Assembly: GCF_009914755.1 (NCBI RefSeq)
Contig: NC_060926.1
DNA: 64,000 nt
Strand: one strand, 5' to 3'
Origin: the human T2T-CHM13v2.0 reference genome, Homo sapiens
Positions 58,041 through 64,000 of this stretch are shown here, piece by piece. The notes beneath the pieces are model-generated. The model was given only the letters and a program-made list of their open reading frames with translations, was not told where the DNA came from and made no database searches. Every line of letters starts with the position of its first letter. Positions within the stretch are counted from its first letter, which is position 1. The translations under genes and the position numbers were made by a program.

Positions 58041-59957
58041 TTAAAATATTATGGTATATTTAATGTTGTTAAAACGATATCATTTAAGGTCCCTTTATAA
58101 TATAACATGAATTATGCAGAGCCTAAATTAGCCAATCTTTTCATTCATTCATTGTAGATTAATTCATCATAGAAGATCATGTCATGTATATGTATGAGAA
58201 AAAGAAACATTTTAATGCACATTAATCTCTGAGAATGTTGGACTATATAAGCTGAGGTTGAAAAACTACACATAAAACTTAATTATTTGAGATTATGATT
58301 TAATTATTTTTTTCTAAATCCAAAACTAGTTAATTCAACACCAAAACATCAATTATCTAGTTTTCTGTGTTGATATACAGAAATTAATTTTTCCAATTTC
58401 TTATATATTTATGTTATAAACACAAATCCTATACGCTGTAATTTTTAATTTATAAAAATTAAATTGCAAATTGTTTTGAGACTCTTAGGAACATGTTAAG
58501 AGATGTGCTTGAATTTAATTTAAATTCTCAAAATGTTAAAATACTAATCTCAGTTTCAATATAGGTAGTAGCTAAAAAGTTGATTATACAAAAACAATTT
58601 TGTGATTAACTTTCTTCTCAACCTTGCTCTTCATTTATTAAGACTTGTGCCTTTAAAATCGTTCCAAAGTTTACATACATTTTGCTGAATGAAGTGCTTT
58701 AGGCACTAGCAATTTCAGGTGTTTAATATTCAACAGGCATAGTCCTAAAACTCAATGCATGTTTTAAAATTTTCATTGCATATCCATGTGTTACTGCAGA
58801 GCTCTTCAAATCGTTGCTTTGTTATACTACTAAAAGTTGGCAAGATGACTTTTTGATATGATACCTCAAATTTAAAGTAAAAAAGGTGGATGTTATACTT
58901 TCTGAGAAATGTGCAAAGTATTATGTTTAAATAATACAATCATAATTATCTATTTTATATTTTAATAATAAAACAATAATTCTGGAACATCTTAAACTTT
59001 TAAAAATATATTAATGAAATTATTATCACTGATTCAGCATACAATATTTTGAAGGCATACATAAGCCAGGATAATAGTATGTACATTTTTATGTATACAC
59101 TGGATTACATCATTTTGCAACCCACACTTCACTTAAATTTAACCATGTATTATGACCACATGTCCATGTTTACATCTTCTTAATGTTTACATGTTATTCA
59201 TTGTATGAATGTGCCATAATTTGTGAATCCAATCCCAGATGTTTGGGTATACATAATTAGGTTCAATTTTTTAATATTGTCTTCCATTCCTTAATTTTCT
59301 AATTATATACAGAAGATAAACTATCTTAAGTGGAATTACCAAATCAAAGGTATATTTTTAAAGGAATTTTAATATGTGTTGCCTTTGTGATATATAAGAA
59401 ACCGAAATAAAATTTTGTGTTCTTTTGCATACTTTGGCATCTAAAATGTCATTGAACAACACAACCTCACAGGTTGCAGGAACAATGGCTTATATCAGGT
59501 TGGTATGTAACCTCCTTGCAATAGCTCTACTGCAACTTAGCATGGCTTTTGGATATTGCTGATTGGCTCTCTATTGCCAAACCCTAAACTTAATAGTTTC
59601 TACTAAGTCACACCTGAGACTTTGGGAGCAGACATATCCCAAAATGTTATGCAAATGTGATGCCTCTAGCATTCAAATGATTATTCAGCTTTTGCTGCTT
59701 ATAAATCCTTAATATCGCTCTCCTCTTCTTCCTAAAGCGGTTAACCTGAGACCAATTAGTGATAAAGTCATTGCAATTTTCTGTGATGCTGATACCTTTC
59801 CAAGTTGGGATGTGAAAAACAATTATATTTGAGGATGGGTTCAATATATTGACCCTGACTTTCAAATATGCTGTTTTTCCTCCTCTCAATCAGTTTATAA
59901 AGTAATGAAATAGAGGGAAAAAAGTTAAATGCCAGTAAATTATAATTAATGAGGTGA

Positions 59958-60346
<389 letters not shown>

Positions 60347-60680
60347 CCCATATTTTTGTAGTCTACTTTGAGTTCTAAAATTTGATAGAGTAAAATATAA
60401 ATAAATTAAAGACCAATCTGAAATTTTCTCTGAAATGTGACTTAGTAGTCACATTTTTGCCTTTCAGCTGTGCTTTTCTCATTATATTTATCCATCCAAT
60501 ATTTCATATTTCAGGAATTCACACATTCATTAAGAAACATCAAATAGATTTTTTCCTGTATATGATATGTAATGTTTAGGATTTGTGCTTGCTTCTGAAA
60601 TTTAATAATTCAATGTTTATATACATACATAATACATGTCACTTCTATTACACACACACTACATATAGATATATAATATA

Positions 60681-61100
60681 TAGATATATCTATATATTAT
60701 AGAAATATAAATATATAGATATATCTATATATTATAGAAATATAAATATATAGATATATCTATATATTATAGAAATATAAATATATAGATATATCTATAT
60801 ATTATAGAAATATAAATATATAGATATACCTATATATTATAGAAATATAAATATATAGATATACCTATATATTATAGAAATATAAATATATAGATATACC
60901 TATATATTATAGAAATATAAATATATAGATATATCTATATATTATAGAAATATAAATATATAGATATATCTATATATTATAGAAATATAAATATATAGAT
61001 ATATCTATATATTATAGAAATATAAATATATAGATATATCTATATATTATAGAAATATAAATATATAGATATATCTATATATTATAGAAATATAAATATA
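60681..61100. repeat. 35 bp AT-rich minisatellite, 12 full copies, inside a larger AT-rich tract (about 60660-61252)
   Basis: Unit TAGATATATCTATATATTATAGAAATATAAATATA starts at 60681, 60716 ... 61066. Copies 5-7 carry a T>C variant. Confidence 0.97.
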
Positions 61101-62776
61101 TAGATATATACAACATATATGTTACATATTATATATTATATATCTATATATCTATATAACATTATATATCTATATATCTATATAACATATATAGATATAT
61201 AGATATATATGTATATGTTATATATTATTTATATATAATTTTATCTATATATAGTTTTACCATTTTATTTGCTTCTGCATAGGTAAAGGATTGAAAAGAA
61301 TGAACAATAATAATAAAATATTTGGTATGAAATAAAGGGATTTATCGTTAATAAAATGAAATTCAAATTCATGTTAAAATACCCAAATGGTAAAGACTAA
61401 CACAACACAAAAATTGAAAGATACTAATACCTTTGTTTTACAATTTAAGTTTCAATACTCAGCACCATTCCATCTTGTCATGATTATTACATTAGTTACT
61501 GCTGTAATTATAAACAATCGACTAACACCTCAACTTTTTAAATTTTAGCTCGAATATTATCAACTGACTAGCCCCTTTTAATTTGAGGAATTTAGATCAT
61601 ATTTTCTTTCCTCATGTGAGTTTTGTAGATAGGCATTTTTTTATCTTTATCATTTTAAATAACATATATAAGCCTGTATGTATTCTTCCGTTATCTTGAG
61701 ATAATGTCTCTTAATCCACACTATGTAAGTGAAGAAATAAATACCATTTTATCTCCCCATTTTTCTTCTATCATTCCCACTTCCTGACATCTATCACCAC
61801 AGCAATCCATGTACATTGACAAAGTTTGCTAAAAGACCTACTGTCTCTTAGGCCAAATTGTTTTGTTTTCTTTTTTGTTCTTTTGTTCTGTTTTATTTGG
61901 TTTGTTTTTGTTTTTGCTTTTGGTAGCAGCCTCTATCCAATTATGCTTTATTGGGGCATGGGGGTGGGGGTTGGGGTCGGTTAAGCAAACTCCACGTCTC
62001 TGTAGAATACACAAACCATGACTCAAGAAACAACAAAAACAAAAACACTAACCATAAACTCAGTATCACAAAAGAATCTCATTTTCAAACCCAGAATTTC
62101 CTGGCATAGATAATACAAATTGCAAAACAAACAGAAATGTAAATAAAAGGAAGGCTGTCTGAGCCCAAACAATCCTATTAACCTATTCAACAAAAAGAAT
62201 AATGTGAGTTAGAAATAAAAAAGCAGAAATAGAGCAACTTTATGACAATCTTTTCCTATCATTTTCAACTCAGAAATGCAGACCCTGAAGCACAGTTCAA
62301 ATAATGCACTTTCAAATAACATTAGCATAGAAACATGGACTAAAAAACCAAATGGACAGGTCTTTCAGGAAGAGTAGAGTGACAAATGTTTGGCTCTCCC
62401 TCCTGTACTTAAGACTCAGGAAACGTGAAAATATGAGAAATAAACTTCGTTGACCTTCTAAGCTATGTAAAAACACATTCAAATGCTGAAAAATTTGCAG
62501 AATATCTCTAAAATTGGTGCAGATATGGCCATAATAAAACAGCACACCAATTAAAGAATGTCTTGTAATCAATCTCTTTCATAAAGTGGTATACATTTCA
62601 GACAATTAATGGAGGTAATCCAAGGCTCACCAAGACCCTTTGGCTGAGAAGGGAAAGGCCTGTAAGTCCAATCAGGTTGGAAGAGTTCTTAATGGGCAGG
62701 AAAGCTAGCCCCCTGGGATACTAGCCACTGCACTGAGCAACATGACTGCAGTAGAATCCTTAGCAGGCCAGAAGTT

Positions 62777-62793
62777 TAGATAGATAGACAGAT

Positions 62794-62841
<48 letters not shown>
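62777..62841. repeat. GATA tetranucleotide STR: (TAGA)3 CAGAT then (GATA)12
   Basis: Perfect (GATA)12 at 62794-62841. Confidence 0.96.
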
Positions 62842-62952
62842 TAACAAAAGGCTAAAAGCACGAGAAATATCTCACCACAGCAAAAAGCTAAAATAAACCG
62901 TCCCATCTCCATAGTATGGAAGATTATGCAGCCATTAAAATAATAATGTAGG

Positions 62953-63176
62953 CCAACTTGGGTAATCATGACACACAGGCCAATTCTTGCACATTTTCTG
63001 TTTGTGTCAATAAAGTTTTATTGGAATACAGCCACACCATTTTTTTTAACTATTGTCTGTGGCTGCTTTTACCATACAATGGCCAACTTGAGCAGTTGTG
63101 ACAGAGACTATCTAGGCAACAAATCCTAAAATATTTGCTATCTTGCTCTTTACAAAAAAAACTTTTTTTGGCTCTG
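62953..63176 (+). mobile_element. MER58A-like hAT element inside an old L1ME-like fragment (about 62890-63400)
   Basis: aataaagttttattggaatacagccacacc ... ttgagcagttgtgacagagac ... cctaaaatatttgctatc. Confidence 0.82.
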
Positions 63177-63493
63177 GGTAAGAAATGTATACTTGACACT
63201 AAGATATTCTCATGAGTTAGTACTAAGTGAAAAATGAAGTTATAAAACTATATATGCTAAGCTCATATGTTTATAACTAAAAAGGCATTTGCATGTGTAT
63301 GTACGGGGAAGGACAAATACCATAATGTTGACAATGGCTATCTCTACTAGGATTATTAATGACTCCTTTTTGTCATAATTATCTGTTTTTAAAATTTATA
63401 CACAGCAACATACACACACATATATACACACACATACATATATATATATATAAATTTGAAAATAGCAAAGAACCAAAATCTTTGAGGCAGTTT

Positions 63494-63835
63494 TTATCAT
63501 TAGTTGTCAATCATTGGTTGTAACAGCTGAATTTTCAGAAAAGGAAAATGGACTCTTCTGTGTGTCTGTAGACTAGAGCTTGCCAGCCTCACGGACTATG
63601 TGGGCCTCATTTTAGTGCAGAGCAGGCTGCAAATTATTTCAAGGTTCTGTGGGTTTGATAACAGTTGTCTGGAAGGGGGACAACTGCTCATTTTCAACTG
63701 TGGTCTCACAAGCATGGAGAGACTGTTATTTTCATCTGTGCTCCTTCAATCGAACATGAAACATCTGTCACAAAACTATTGTCTGATGTGGCAGCAAAGG
63801 CTTCTCTCCATCTAAAAGCCCAGCAGCTGCTGCGG
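63494..63835. promoter_or_regulatory. Candidate enhancer (E-box/GATA/RUNX/MYB motif cluster)
   Basis: Seven CANNTG sites, two TGATAA and one TGTGGT in about 340 bp of sequence not recognised as a repeat. Motif evidence only. Confidence 0.3.
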
Positions 63836-64000
63836 GAAAGATCAGACAACTACAAGCAATGTGTCAATACCTGTACAGACTACCATGATTTTTTAAATAA
63901 TACTGAGCACTGCAGCACTGGTAATAATAATCACAGCAATATTCTGTGATGTCATATACACACACACATATATATTTAGAGAGAGAATATTGTGAGTGTG

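Noticed and set aside
60681-61100. Palindromic repeat array as a CRISPR-like locus
   Set aside because: The spacers are identical 11 bp linkers, there are no cas genes and the context is primate. It is a minisatellite.
63665-63949. 94 aa ORF at the window end
   Set aside because: Non-ATG start and no recognisable domain. The region is better explained as non-coding or regulatory sequence.

Overview
This window is AT-rich, gene-poor primate (human-like) genomic DNA, either intergenic or deep intronic. I cannot name the locus. It is dominated by transposable element remnants: seven Alus (AluS and AluY, three of them 5'-truncated), L1s of many ages (L1MC/MD/MA/ME, an L1PA16-like copy with a twin-priming inversion, an L1PA3-like copy), MaLR and ERV solo LTRs, hAT and Tigger DNA transposon relics, MIR, L2, L3 and microsatellites. 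No host protein-coding exon, RNA gene or CRISPR array is supported. The ORF track consists of Alu, L1 and simple-repeat read-throughs or chance ORFs. I found no convincing new biological system. The most notable structures are: a ~150 bp diverged duplication bracketing an old L1 like a giant TSD; a ~142 bp, ~89% identical local duplication sitting inside a TA microsatellite; a ~30 nt minimal L1 insertion; a 12-copy 35 bp minisatellite built on a 24 bp palindrome; and an E-box/GATA/RUNX/MYB motif cluster at the window end. Repeat subfamily names come from recalled consensus sequences and need RepeatMasker/Dfam confirmation. Boundaries of old elements are approximate.
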